A stretch of 64,000 nucleotides of DNA from a phage. Location: NCBI GenBank assembly GCA_021469345.1, contig GCA_021469345.1_3049.1, one strand, 5' to 3'. Position numbers and translations under genes: made by a program. Below, in pieces: positions 8,712 to 17,966 of the stretch. Position 1 is the first letter of the stretch. Every line of letters starts with the position of its first letter. The notes under the pieces are model-generated. The model was not told the DNA's origin. It ran no database searches and was given only the letters and a program-made list of their open reading frames with translations.

Positions 8712-8971
8712 CAGTTTACGTAGATGTTTTAATGAATCATGGATGGAAACTTCGCGGTCATCCAACTAAAAATTGTCATATGTTCACTGATGGAGATATT
8801 GAAGAGCTTCACGAAATGGCAGAAGCAATAGGAATGAAACGTTCTTGGTTTCAAGATAAACGCATTAAACATTATGACTTACACGCTCGGCGACGCCAAA
8901 AAGCTGTAGAACTTGGAGCTGTAGAAGTATCTCGTCGCGAAGCAGTAAAAATTTGGCAAACATTAAAATAA
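8708..8971 (+). CDS. hypothetical protein
   Basis: 87-aa ORF; MTVYVDVLMNHGWKLRGHPTKNCHMFTDGD... Confidence 0.55.
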   Translation: MTVYVDVLMNHGWKLRGHPTKNCHMFTDGDIEELHEMAEAIGMKRSWFQDKRIKHYDLHARRRQKAVELGAVEVSRREAVKIWQTLK

Positions 8972-8974
8972 ATT

Positions 8975-9004
8975 GTTTACAGCAGGGTAGTAGTGTGATA
9001 CTAT
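8975..9004 (+). promoter_or_regulatory. early promoter (GTTTAC-N18-TGaTACTAT)
   Basis: GTTTAC 8975-8980, TACTAT 8999-9004. Confidence 0.5.
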
Positions 9005-9040
9005 TACCCTATCAAAACAAATGTGAAATTGGAGAATAAA

Positions 9041-10009
9041 ATGAAAACTGTAACTATCAATAAGGGTATCTACTTCGGTAAAGAAATCTCTGGAACTTTT
9101 GAGCTCTTAGGTGAATGGTTCCCAGATAATGCTCCGGTAGATGCACAAGGAGATGGTAAAGTTTTTGTTGAAATTGACGGTAAACGTCGCGGTGTTTGGG
9201 TTTACAAATCAGACATTTCATATGATGGTGTAAAAGTTGAAGAAGTTAAAGAATCGTATGAAGATATGAAAACCCGCATTAATAAAAGATTTAATGTTAT
9301 GGGAATGATGACGAATGGTATTATTAATGGAAATATTCGTTCATTAATTATCTCTGGCGCAGCAGGTATTGGTAAAACGTATTCTTTAGATAAAGCTTTA
9401 AATAAAGCAAATGATAATGGATACATTGAATATAAAAGCATTAATGGTAAAATCTCTGGTATCGGTCTTTATGAACAGCTCTGGAATAATCGTGAAGAGA
9501 ATTCTGTCCTTTTGATTGATGATGTGGATGTTTTCTCTGATATGGACATTCTTAATCTTCTAAAAGCCGCTCTGGACACTGGAGAGACCCGTAAAGTCTG
9601 CTGGAGCACTGCATCTTCTTACTTAGAAGAAAAAGGCATTGACCGTGAGTTTGAATTTAAAGGAACGATTGTTTTTATCACAAACGTTGACATTGACCGC
9701 GAATTAGACCGCGGTACTAAACTTGCTCCACATTTACAAGCATTAGTGTCCCGCTCAGTTTATTTGGATTTGGGTGTTCACACCAATGAAGAAATTATGG
9801 TCAGGGTTGAAGATGTTATTCTTTCAACTGACATGATGCAAAAGCGCGGTCTTTCTGATGAAGAAACTTATAAAGCATTATCATGGATGAAAGTTAATGT
9901 TAATCGTTTACGCAATGTTTCACTGCGTACTGCTCTTTATCTTGCTGACTTTATTATGACCGACAAAAATCATTGGGAAGAAATTGCTGAAACGGTATTA
10001 TTAAAATGA
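9041..10009 (+). CDS. AAA+ family ATPase
   Basis: 322 aa from ATG 9041 (RBS GGAG); Walker A GAAGIGKT, Walker B LLIDDVD, sensor-1 like FITNVD. Confidence 0.7.
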   Translation: MKTVTINKGIYFGKEISGTFELLGEWFPDNAPVDAQGDGKVFVEIDGKRRGVWVYKSDISYDGVKVEEVKESYEDMKTRINKRFNVMGMMTNGIINGNIRSLIISGAAGIGKTYSLDKALNKANDNGYIEYKSINGKISGIGLYEQLWNNREENSVLLIDDVDVFSDMDILNLLKAALDTGETRKVCWSTASSYLEEKGIDREFEFKGTIVFITNVDIDRELDRGTKLAPHLQALVSRSVYLDLGVHTNEEIMVRVEDVILSTDMMQKRGLSDEETYKALSWMKVNVNRLRNVSLRTALYLADFIMTDKNHWEEIAETVLLK

Positions 10010-10725
10010 AAAAATATTTTACTATCTATAAAACTGAAATATTAAATTTAAAGACAGGTATTAAGAAATACTATTATGGTCGACATATAACTAATAACAT
10101 CAATGATTCGTATGTTGGTAGTGGAAATTATATAGAACGTGTAAAAGTGTCAAATGACCACATATTATCAAAAACGGTTTTAGAAGTTTTTGATAATTAT
10201 GATAAAATGGTACAAGCTGAAATATTATATATCATGGCAGGTAAATTGAAATATGGAAAAAACTGTGTTAACCTGTCATACGGGGGTGAAGGAGGAAAGG
10301 TTGCAGATGAAACTAGGATAAAATGCAAAAAGCATTCTATAAATTTATGGAAAAATCCTAATCATATACAGCATATGAAGAAAAAGATGAAAGAGGTCAC
10401 ATCCACGCCGGAAGCTAAATTAAACACTTCAATAAAAACTTCGCAACGATATAAGGACCCAGTTTTTGTTAGAAAAGTTAGTAATATTATTAAAAAGAAA
10501 CTAAGCAATCCTACAGTAAAAGAAAAGCATATTAATGGAATTAAAGCTGCAAAGCGTTCTCATTTAACTATATGGCAGTATGAAGATGAATTATTCGAGC
10601 TTTGGAAAGAAACTAAATATGGATGGAGAAAATTTACAAAGGAAGCTATAAAACACGGATATCCAAATGAACCGTATCGTAGTATGGTATCAACTTTTCA
10701 GAAAAGACATTTAGAAGAATCCTAA
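10006..10725 (+). CDS. GIY-YIG family homing endonuclease (Seg-like)
   Basis: 239 aa; N-terminal YFTIYKTEILNLKTGIKKYYYGRH...YVGSG matches GIY-x10-YIG module; basic C-terminal region. Confidence 0.75.
   Translation: MKKYFTIYKTEILNLKTGIKKYYYGRHITNNINDSYVGSGNYIERVKVSNDHILSKTVLEVFDNYDKMVQAEILYIMAGKLKYGKNCVNLSYGGEGGKVADETRIKCKKHSINLWKNPNHIQHMKKKMKEVTSTPEAKLNTSIKTSQRYKDPVFVRKVSNIIKKKLSNPTVKEKHINGIKAAKRSHLTIWQYEDELFELWKETKYGWRKFTKEAIKHGYPNEPYRSMVSTFQKRHLEES
10006..10725 (+). mobile_element. free-standing homing endonuclease gene (seg-type)
   Basis: GIY-YIG ORF embedded between accessory genes, ATGA-coupled to the upstream ATPase gene. Confidence 0.55.
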
Positions 10726-10807
10726 GACAAAAAGGCAGTTCAGAAATAGATTATATGGACTGCCATTAAAAAGATGACTAGAATTAAACTGGTAAACGGA
10801 GGTAGTG

Positions 10808-11110
10808 ATGTTATACTCAAAGGCTCGTGAAATTTACGAAACTAAAATTAAAGAAGCAGTATTTCAGTTCGCAACAACAATGCGATGGACAAATGACTGT
10901 GAGTATTCAAAAAATCATAAGAAGCCCATGGTGACAAGAAAGGCTCATATGTTAGTGTTAATAGACCGCGAGCAGATTAAAGCCCGAGAAGCCCTCCAGA
11001 ATCATAAAAAGGCTGCCTTTGAATGGTTTATGGATAACACTGCTCCTGAGACTAAGAAAGCAGTAAGCGCATGGTTCAGTGGAAAAAATTGCGAAAGAAG
11101 TTTCTTTTAG
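10808..11110 (+). CDS. hypothetical protein
   Basis: 100 aa from ATG 10808, RBS GGAGG. Confidence 0.5.
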   Translation: MLYSKAREIYETKIKEAVFQFATTMRWTNDCEYSKNHKKPMVTRKAHMLVLIDREQIKAREALQNHKKAAFEWFMDNTAPETKKAVSAWFSGKNCERSFF

Positions 11111-11112
11111 TG

Positions 11113-11142
11113 GTTTACAAGACTGTTCCTCTGTGGTACTAT
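11113..11142 (+). promoter_or_regulatory. early promoter (GTTTAC-N18-TGgTACTAT)
   Basis: GTTTAC 11113-11118; TACTAT 11137-11142; shares GGTACTATACAACTATCAAC with other copies. Confidence 0.55.
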
Positions 11143-11170
11143 ACAACTATCAACTACGGAGGAACACAAA

Positions 11171-11443
11171 ATGAACGCTAAAGATATTTTCAACCTGGTA
11201 AATTACAACGATGGTAAATTTAAATCTGAAGCACAAAGCAAGTTCTTTAATGACATCTCAATCGGAGGTGAAATCACTGTTGATGGAGGACAAATTTACA
11301 AATCCCGTTGGAATTGGATCGTTATTATCGATGAGATTGGTATTGTAGAAATTTATAAAAATACGAAAATCGTGCATTACACTGGTCTCGTGATACTAAC
11401 GAACAGTACAAAAAGGATAAAGCATCTAAATTATCTCGTGTAA
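11171..11443 (+). CDS. hypothetical protein
   Basis: 90-aa ORF, RBS GGAGGA. Confidence 0.5.
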   Translation: MNAKDIFNLVNYNDGKFKSEAQSKFFNDISIGGEITVDGGQIYKSRWNWIVIIDEIGIVEIYKNTKIVHYTGLVILTNSTKRIKHLNYLV

Positions 11444-11478
11444 CTCAAGAAGATATTGAGTTCATCAAGAAAGATATT

Positions 11479-11694
11479 TTGATGTATGATAACTTAATTG
11501 CTGAAGAGCAAGCTGTTATTGATAAATTTGATGAGATTAAAGCTTCTCGTGAAATTCCTGATTTTATGAAAGAATCAGTAAATGAACGATACACTCTCAT
11601 TTCAGAGCGTATTGAAACTTACAAAAAGCAAAGAGCTGAACGCCAAAATACTCTTCGGAAGTTTGAAGAACGGTTAAAGACGGTACTCGCATAA
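11479..11694 (+). CDS. hypothetical small protein
   Basis: 71-aa ORF. Confidence 0.45.
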   Translation: MMYDNLIAEEQAVIDKFDEIKASREIPDFMKESVNERYTLISERIETYKKQRAERQNTLRKFEERLKTVLA

Positions 11695-11749
11695 CCGCTT
11701 TATACCAAGGATGGTATAATGGTTCTAAGCCCTTTTAACTGAGATTATT

Positions 11750-11989
11750 ATGAAACAGTTGATAATTAAAAGATTGAATTTATTGATATGTTGTTTATGT
11801 ATAGTAATTGCATATGGTTATTACGCAATTAATGATTATATGCATTATAAAGATTATGATGTTACTGTAGTTAAACCCTTACAGGAACTCAAGGAAAGGG
11901 GTCTAGTTTATCGTTTATTGCTGTATATGAACTCAAAGACGGTTATAGATTTAGCGAATATATTTCGCCAGAGATGTATTCTTCAATAG
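11750..11989 (+). CDS. small membrane protein
   Basis: 79 aa, hydrophobic N-terminus LLICCLCIVIAYGYYAI. Confidence 0.4.
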   Translation: MKQLIIKRLNLLICCLCIVIAYGYYAINDYMHYKDYDVTVVKPLQELKERGLVYRLLLYMNSKTVIDLANIFRQRCILQ

Positions 11990-12156
11990 AAAAAGGTGAT
12001 AATATTACTGTAAGTTTACGTCCTTTCGACGTAAAACAGACATTGTTTGATAATATTGTTTGGTTCTTTGGAATGGTATTAGTTCAATCTATATGTGGTG
12101 CTTATATAGTCTGTTCCATCTTATTCTGTATATTTAGTAAAATTGAAATTGAGTGA
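11974..12156 (+). CDS. small membrane protein (possibly frameshifted continuation of previous ORF)
   Basis: 60 aa, TM segment VWFFGMVLVQSICGAYIVCSILFCIF; overlaps previous ORF in another frame. Confidence 0.35.
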   Translation: MYSSIEKGDNITVSLRPFDVKQTLFDNIVWFFGMVLVQSICGAYIVCSILFCIFSKIEIE

Positions 12157-12163
12157 GGAAAAT

Positions 12164-13051
12164 ATGTCAGTAGTAATTAATAATGTCAATGCAGTAATTA
12201 AATCTTTAGTTAATAAAAAATCAAATGAATGGACTGTACTTCAACACGACGAGTCAGATAAATTTTTTCATAAATTTAACCCAGTACTAAATTTAAATGT
12301 TATTGATAAAGATGTTCACGCCGAAATTTTAGATAAGTTTAAAGTTGATATTGGATTTGGATTAGAAAAACATTTACAACGAACAAACGGGTCTGGAATG
12401 CTTTTATCTAATCGCATTATGAAAGCCCTTAATAAAATTGGAGCATTGTCTCGTATTAACGCGAGTGAAATCCTTCGTAATTATAATAAAGGATATGACC
12501 TTTATGGTCGACTAATGCCGAAATTATCATTTGACCAAATGATCGCAGATTTGTGGGAAAATCAACGACGATTATTAGCATTAGGCGCTCGATTGGCTAA
12601 AGGTCTAGATAAACAAATGATTTTTAAAACTAATAATACAGAAGACCTTAAATGCTTTAAATTTAGCACTCGTGGAGATGATTATTACGTCAGAGCTCAC
12701 TCTACAGATTATGCTAATATGGGTCATCATCTCTGTTTAGCTTTTGAAGTTTTAAAAGAAGCCGGAACATTAGAATATGTGTCTGGTGCAAAATGCCCTA
12801 TTGGTTCAAGTTGTATTTTAATTTATCGCCCGGATGAATCCAGTTCAACTAAATTGCCTACAAAACCTGTACCAGTTCGCAGTAACGAAAAACATTCTGA
12901 ACAAATTGATTATTTTAATAAGCAAATTGAAGAGCTGAATATTTCTATTCAACAATATGACGATGAAATTTTCAGACTATCTGGACTGAGTAGTAAAGCT
13001 AAATCTGAGCGTGAAAAGTTAATTAAAATTGTTGATTTACTTAAATCTTAA
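12164..13051 (+). CDS. paralog 1 of four tandem proteins with C-terminal coiled coil
   Basis: 295 aa from ATG 12164 (RBS GAGGAA); C-terminal heptad-like EELNISIQQYDDEIFRL... Confidence 0.6.
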   Translation: MSVVINNVNAVIKSLVNKKSNEWTVLQHDESDKFFHKFNPVLNLNVIDKDVHAEILDKFKVDIGFGLEKHLQRTNGSGMLLSNRIMKALNKIGALSRINASEILRNYNKGYDLYGRLMPKLSFDQMIADLWENQRRLLALGARLAKGLDKQMIFKTNNTEDLKCFKFSTRGDDYYVRAHSTDYANMGHHLCLAFEVLKEAGTLEYVSGAKCPIGSSCILIYRPDESSSTKLPTKPVPVRSNEKHSEQIDYFNKQIEELNISIQQYDDEIFRLSGLSSKAKSEREKLIKIVDLLKS

Positions 13052-13059
13052 GGAACACT

Positions 13060-14088
13060 ATGAAAACTCGTTCTCAAATTGAAGATATGGTTCGTAATGC
13101 CAGTTATACTCGTGATGTTATGACATTTTTGTGTGAAAATAATTTAGACCCTGATAAAGTTAATCGTGTTATTCATCACTTTAAGTATACGAATAGCAGT
13201 GAATGGGTGCGTAATTTTAGTAAAGCAGGGTATATTACACAAATGACTGCTCGTGAACAGCTCACCGATTTCTGTAAAACTATTGATTATAAAAATCCTT
13301 TGATTGTTCAAGGCGTTGGTCAGAGTAAGGTTGATTTATCAACAGGATTTTTTAATCCAAATCATTATCGTCTTGAATGGAGATTTATTGCTCTATTCCG
13401 TAAACAATTAAAGCAAATTTTGTCTACTGCTAGTCGATTAAAAGGTTCTGATATTAACTTAAAGAATCTGAAATTTGATGGTTATACTCTTCAGATGGAA
13501 GTAAGACCGTTAAAAGAAAATAATAGAACTGCACGAATTAGCTTTAAGCCTAATACAAAAAATTCTCTTTCAATTTGTGAATGCCTTAAATCACAGTTGA
13601 CAGAAGCATTTAAGTATATGGATGTTGTTGCTGCTGTTCAATCTAAGATTTTACCTCGTTTTGAGCGAAATTGGGAACATACAACAACGTATGAACTTGA
13701 TATGATCGTTTCATTTAAATACGATTTTTTGAGAAAGGACGAAGTCACGCAAGAGAAAAAGCAGGAAGTACAAGATAACTTAAATTTAAATTTATCTAAT
13801 TACTTATCAAACGATCCTAAATTTTGGATGTATAGTTCAGGTAATAAAGATGCATGGAAATTCAATAAAGTGAATTTTCTTCCTATTGAAAATCCGAGTC
13901 TTAAACCTGTTGAAAAATGGCACGCGGATGCGATTGAGAAGTCCCTTAAGGCAGTAGATGATGAACTCGTTAAAGCGACCAATGAAGTGCTAAAAGCTGA
14001 AAAGGTGTTAGAACAAGCTCAGTCAAGGGTTCAAAATCTGACAAAGCAACGTTCTAAACTGAACAATGCACTAAATGCACTAAACTAG
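13060..14088 (+). CDS. paralog 2 of four tandem proteins with C-terminal coiled coil
   Basis: 342 aa; FRKQLKQILSTASRLKG resembles FRSFTKQILKSASKLCYG of the next gene. Confidence 0.6.
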   Translation: MKTRSQIEDMVRNASYTRDVMTFLCENNLDPDKVNRVIHHFKYTNSSEWVRNFSKAGYITQMTAREQLTDFCKTIDYKNPLIVQGVGQSKVDLSTGFFNPNHYRLEWRFIALFRKQLKQILSTASRLKGSDINLKNLKFDGYTLQMEVRPLKENNRTARISFKPNTKNSLSICECLKSQLTEAFKYMDVVAAVQSKILPRFERNWEHTTTYELDMIVSFKYDFLRKDEVTQEKKQEVQDNLNLNLSNYLSNDPKFWMYSSGNKDAWKFNKVNFLPIENPSLKPVEKWHADAIEKSLKAVDDELVKATNEVLKAEKVLEQAQSRVQNLTKQRSKLNNALNALN

Positions 14089-14117
14089 TTTACTTTGCCA
14101 CAAGGATGTGGTATAAT
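14088..14117 (+). promoter_or_regulatory. early promoter (GTTTAC-N18-TGGTATAAT)
   Basis: GTTTAC 14088-14093, TATAAT 14112-14117; near-identical to the promoter at 59522. Confidence 0.6.
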
Positions 14118-14145
14118 GTTCTTACTTTCTACTGAGGAGATTAAT

Positions 14146-15147
14146 ATGACTCGTAACGAATATATCAAATCATTCAATAGAGTTATTGATGATAAAGCTA
14201 TACCGATGTTTGGCCAAAATAGCGTTCTTTCTATTATCAATCAATGGCTCAATAGTGTTGATGCAGGTATTGTTTCTTCTACTAAATTTATTCATGAAAT
14301 TCGTAAAATTTCTAGCCGTGTAGATAAAGATCTTATCAAGAAAACCTTTAAAGAGTCTCGTCTTCTTTCATATTTGGTTAATCGGGATATTCTTGGTAAT
14401 TTTGGGAAAGAAATTAAACGAACCAAAGATGTAGTAGGATACAATTGGTTCGGTGATGTTAATACTTATCATCTTAATACTAAAGAAGACCCTGAGAATA
14501 TTTTTACTCGTCGTTGGGTTAGTGAATTTAGGAGTTTTACGAAGCAAATTCTAAAATCAGCTTCTAAATTATGTTATGGCGATTATCGTCAAATTCATCC
14601 TTTAGCTGATGATATGATTATAGCAGAAGAATATGAACTTGATAAAAACAAAGTAGCTATTTTTATTAATTACAGATTTTTTACACCAGAAACTAACCAA
14701 AAGAACATTAATAAATTTTTCTCAATTGCTAGCACTATAACTCGTCAATTAGAGACCGCATTACTTTGTATGGAAACAGTAGAAAATATTCATACTTATC
14801 CTTTTAAGAATATATGCGGTTGGGAAGGATATAAACTCGTAATTAGCCTTCGTGAAGTGAAATGTGCTTATTCACCTACTGATAAAGAAATTTACCAACA
14901 AAAATGCGAAGAAATTGTGAATACTCCTAAAGAAGAAACTACCCTTGAGGAACTAATGGAATGTCTTGATGATTCGCCTGAACCGGTAGAAATTCGTCCA
15001 GAAGTTATTGCATTAGAAAAAGCTTATAAAGAAGCTCTAGAAATTTCTAATAAAGCACAGAAAGAATATGAGAAGGCTAAAAGGATTTGGGAAGAATCTG
15101 TCAATCGCTTGGATCGTCTTGAACAAGCTTTACAATTAATTAAGTAA
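14146..15147 (+). CDS. paralog 3 of four tandem proteins with C-terminal coiled coil
   Basis: 333 aa from ATG 14146 (RBS GAGGAG). Confidence 0.6.
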   Translation: MTRNEYIKSFNRVIDDKAIPMFGQNSVLSIINQWLNSVDAGIVSSTKFIHEIRKISSRVDKDLIKKTFKESRLLSYLVNRDILGNFGKEIKRTKDVVGYNWFGDVNTYHLNTKEDPENIFTRRWVSEFRSFTKQILKSASKLCYGDYRQIHPLADDMIIAEEYELDKNKVAIFINYRFFTPETNQKNINKFFSIASTITRQLETALLCMETVENIHTYPFKNICGWEGYKLVISLREVKCAYSPTDKEIYQQKCEEIVNTPKEETTLEELMECLDDSPEPVEIRPEVIALEKAYKEALEISNKAQKEYEKAKRIWEESVNRLDRLEQALQLIK

Positions 15148-15199
15148 TTTAAAGCCAAGGATGGCTCGGAGTATAAACTATTAACCAAGTGAGAAGAAC

Positions 15200-16132
15200 A
15201 TGAAAACTCGTAAACATTATATTGATTATTTTGACAGTCTTATTACTAAACACCGTAATTATCAGATCGGGCACAGAGCAGTAATCAATAATATTCTTCG
15301 TGATTTCCTTCAATATGTTGGTCAGGAAAATCATATCTGTAAAGATACTCAAAACGCTTATTCTCATTCGTTAGGCAATTTGCTTGAATGGTTTAAACGT
15401 TCTCGTATGTTATCTTCTACTGTAGCTCGTGATAACATTAAAAACTTTATGAAACCGAGCTTTATTAAATCTGTGACATCTAAAACCGATTTGGTTGAAT
15501 TTACTATTATTAACGATGTTAAAAAGACTCATTTAGCTGATTGGTTATCTACCATTCCTGAAACTAAATTTGCTGATAAATTTGCTTGTGAATTCAATAA
15601 ACAAGTTAATATGCTTTTTAAACATTCATGTAAATTATTCACAGGCGGCGATGATCGTACAAATAAAGTTCATGTTAAAGATTGGGTTACTGCAGTGTTC
15701 AAACCAACTGGTAATGGTAACGCATCATTATCAATTGATATCCAGGTTCCTTATTACTACTCACGTAATCTCGGTACTATGAAAGCCGAAGAAATTAATA
15801 AGCGCAACAAAACCGTTCGTTCTCTGTCTTATAAACTTCGCATGATGTTACAGACTATGGATGTTGTTGAAATGTTCGACGAAACCGAAGATAACGGTTC
15901 AATGTTATATAGTTCTCGTACCCGAATTAAGTTGAAGAACCCTAACGAGTATAAACTTAAGACTATTAAAGAACCTAAAGTAGAAAAGGTTGATAACTTG
16001 AGCGAAGAACGTGAATATCTCAATTCTCGTTTGATTGAAGTTGAAGCCCAAATTGCAGAACACACCAAATTGTTAAAAGCTCTTAATGCAAAAGCAAATG
16101 GTTTACGTAATGCTATTGAGGTATTGAAATGA
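15200..16132 (+). CDS. paralog 4 of four tandem proteins with C-terminal coiled coil
   Basis: 310 aa; C-terminal [42 protein letters not shown]. Confidence 0.6.
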   Translation: MKTRKHYIDYFDSLITKHRNYQIGHRAVINNILRDFLQYVGQENHICKDTQNAYSHSLGNLLEWFKRSRMLSSTVARDNIKNFMKPSFIKSVTSKTDLVEFTIINDVKKTHLADWLSTIPETKFADKFACEFNKQVNMLFKHSCKLFTGGDDRTNKVHVKDWVTAVFKPTGNGNASLSIDIQVPYYYSRNLGTMKAEEINKRNKTVRSLSYKLRMMLQTMDVVEMFDETEDNGSMLYSSRTRIKLKNPNEYKLKTIKEPKVEKVDNLSEEREYLNSRLIEVEAQIAEHTKLLKALNAKANGLRNAIEVLK

Positions 16133-16443
16133 AAAAGCGTCTATTAGAAGACATTGCAGCTTCAAGTAATTCCAGTTTAATTAAAATTATTATGGCCGGT
16201 GAAGAAGACGATTTGGAAATGCGTGGAAAGATTCATGGTTGTGATGATTATAGCCCTCCTGTTAATTGGGATTCTGTAATGGTCATGGTTAAACGTCGCG
16301 AAAGGGCTTCTAAAAACGTTCCTAATTGTCCTGAATGCGGTACTGAACAGGTACAATTAGTTCATTGGCAGACTAGTAATCTTCGTTATAAATGTCGCCA
16401 TTGTAAACACCGATTTGACCGAGAAGAAAATGACCAAGCGTAA
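16129..16443 (+). CDS. zinc-ribbon protein
   Basis: 104 aa; CPECG...(x19)...CRHCKH four-Cys ribbon. Confidence 0.55.
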   Translation: MKKRLLEDIAASSNSSLIKIIMAGEEDDLEMRGKIHGCDDYSPPVNWDSVMVMVKRRERASKNVPNCPECGTEQVQLVHWQTSNLRYKCRHCKHRFDREENDQA

Positions 16444-16672
16444 AGAATATATGGAGGCTGCTGAAAAGGCAGTCCGTGAATTAGCAATAGCTTATTATAA
16501 TGAACATGGTAAATTTCCTGATAGATATAGCGTGCTTAAATCTGCTTTAACTCGTTCATATAAAAATATGCTATCAGAAGTAAGTGATATTATATACAAA
16601 CATAAAGAACAAACGGGCCAAAGTCTTGATTACGACGAGACTTTTAAACAAGTACTAGGAATTAAGGAATAA
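16430..16672 (+). CDS. hypothetical small protein
   Basis: ORF in-frame from TTG 16415; first ATG 16430; start uncertain. Confidence 0.45.
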   Translation: MTKRKEYMEAAEKAVRELAIAYYNEHGKFPDRYSVLKSALTRSYKNMLSEVSDIIYKHKEQTGQSLDYDETFKQVLGIKE

Positions 16673-16673
16673 T

Positions 16674-16937
16674 ATGTTTAAAGTATATGGTTATGATAGC
16701 AACATCCACAAATGCGTGTATTGCGATAATGCAAAACGTCTCTTGACTGTGAAGAAACAGCCGTTTGAATTTATCAACATTATGCCGGAAAAAGGTGTTT
16801 TTGATGATGAGAAAATTGCTGAGCTTCTGACTAAACTAGGTCGTGATACTCAAATCGGCTTAACAATGCCTCAGGTATTTGCTCCTGATGGAAGTCATAT
16901 TGGTGGATTTGACCAATTGCGGGAATACTTTAAATGA
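16674..16937 (+). CDS. nrdC: thioredoxin/glutaredoxin NrdC
   Basis: 87 aa, MFKVYGYDSNIHKCVYCDNAKRLL..., CVYC active site; matches remembered T4 NrdC. Confidence 0.95.
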   Translation: MFKVYGYDSNIHKCVYCDNAKRLLTVKKQPFEFINIMPEKGVFDDEKIAELLTKLGRDTQIGLTMPQVFAPDGSHIGGFDQLREYFK

Positions 16938-17149
16938 TGCTCGAAGGAACTGATTATATCCATGATTATCGTGGAAGCGCGGTATATGTAGGTGATGAAG
17001 TTGCAGTTTACTATGGGTATGGAGCTTTGATGACAGCTAAGGTTATTCAAATTAAAAATAACCGTGCTAAACTTGAAGTTTATTATTCTAATGGCGAAAA
17101 GTCTATTTCTAAGTGGAAATATGGCGATTGTATGGTTAAACTGGGGTAA
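16934..17149 (+). CDS. hypothetical small protein
   Basis: 71-aa ORF with ATGA overlap to nrdC. Confidence 0.5.
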   Translation: MMLEGTDYIHDYRGSAVYVGDEVAVYYGYGALMTAKVIQIKNNRAKLEVYYSNGEKSISKWKYGDCMVKLG

Positions 17150-17151
17150 AT

Positions 17152-17322
17152 ATGATTTACGATATTAATGTAGCAAGAACTCCATTAATGGTTACTATTC
17201 CAGCTGAAGAATTAGATCGTCTTCAGAAAATTGAAGAACTTCTTTGGGAAATTGAATCTGATTTGCCATCAGGACTAGAATCCTGGATTGATTATGAAGA
17301 ACTTAATAAGCTTCGGGGTTAA
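17152..17322 (+). CDS. hypothetical small acidic protein (56 aa)
   Basis: ATG 17152 right after upstream stop. Confidence 0.4.
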   Translation: MIYDINVARTPLMVTIPAEELDRLQKIEELLWEIESDLPSGLESWIDYEELNKLRG

Positions 17323-17461
17323 ACCCTGGTGGGCGGTTAGATGGGAAACTGTAGAGCCAGAGCCGGAAGAACCGGTTTACACTGATGAAGAAACAGTATA
17401 TAATGAACCTACAATAAATGACTTAATTGATATGGAGATGGGACATGATTACAGTAGATAA
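17294..17461 (+). CDS. hypothetical small acidic/Pro-rich ORF
   Basis: ATG 17294 in third frame, overlaps both neighbours; weak RBS. Confidence 0.25.
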   Translation: MKNLISFGVKPWWAVRWETVEPEPEEPVYTDEETVYNEPTINDLIDMEMGHDYSR

Positions 17462-17930
17462 GTGGTTTAGAATTAATCGTGCTGATACAGGGCTGTGTAA
17501 TTACTGGCCGGAACTTAGTGCAGGTACTGTCTTTAAGGTTCGTGAACTTGCAAAAGAATGTGAAGATGATATAGAGCCTGATACTGGAATTATTGAAATT
17601 GAACTTTCCGACGGAAAGATTATTAACATCTATGATAAGCCAATTACGTATTGGTGCTTGTGGAATACTGAATCAGTCGCAACTGGCGAAATTGAAGAAG
17701 TCGTAGAACGAGTTGATCAAGCTATTCATAAACCTAAAGCCGATTTTCAAGGTGAACGTATTTCATACGCATTAGCTAAATTAGCTGCACAAGAAAATAA
17801 CGATGGCTATGAAGGTAACCTGATGCAAGCTGCCGCAGAGTACATTGAATGGCTTGAAACTCAAATTTCTTTTTCTGACCAAAAGATTCGGCAATATAAG
17901 CGATTGAATCAAATGTTTTACAATACTTGA
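17445..17930 (+). CDS. pin: Pin-like protein (host Lon protease inhibitor position)
   Basis: 161 aa from ATG 17445; length and position between nrdC and 49 as in T4. Confidence 0.6.
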   Translation: MITVDKWFRINRADTGLCNYWPELSAGTVFKVRELAKECEDDIEPDTGIIEIELSDGKIINIYDKPITYWCLWNTESVATGEIEEVVERVDQAIHKPKADFQGERISYALAKLAAQENNDGYEGNLMQAAAEYIEWLETQISFSDQKIRQYKRLNQMFYNT

Positions 17931-17941
17931 AAATAATAAAT

Positions 17942-17966
17942 ACCCTTATCTATTTAAGGTAAGGGT
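17942..17966 (+). promoter_or_regulatory. hairpin overlapping the gene 49 Shine-Dalgarno region (terminator and/or translational control)
   Basis: ACCCTTA...TAAGGGT inverted repeat; AAGG of the second arm is the only SD-like element before ATG 17972. Confidence 0.5.

Noticed and set aside
15570-15782. Alternative-frame + strand ORFs nested in larger genes (15570-15782, 7901-8095, 20608-20832, 28135-28398, 34280-34471, 35492-35677, 35687-35878, 37751-37951, 45152-45388, 46740-46949, 62359-62577)
   Set aside because: They are fully embedded within, or run across, genes with clear homology or better start signals, and have no independent RBS.
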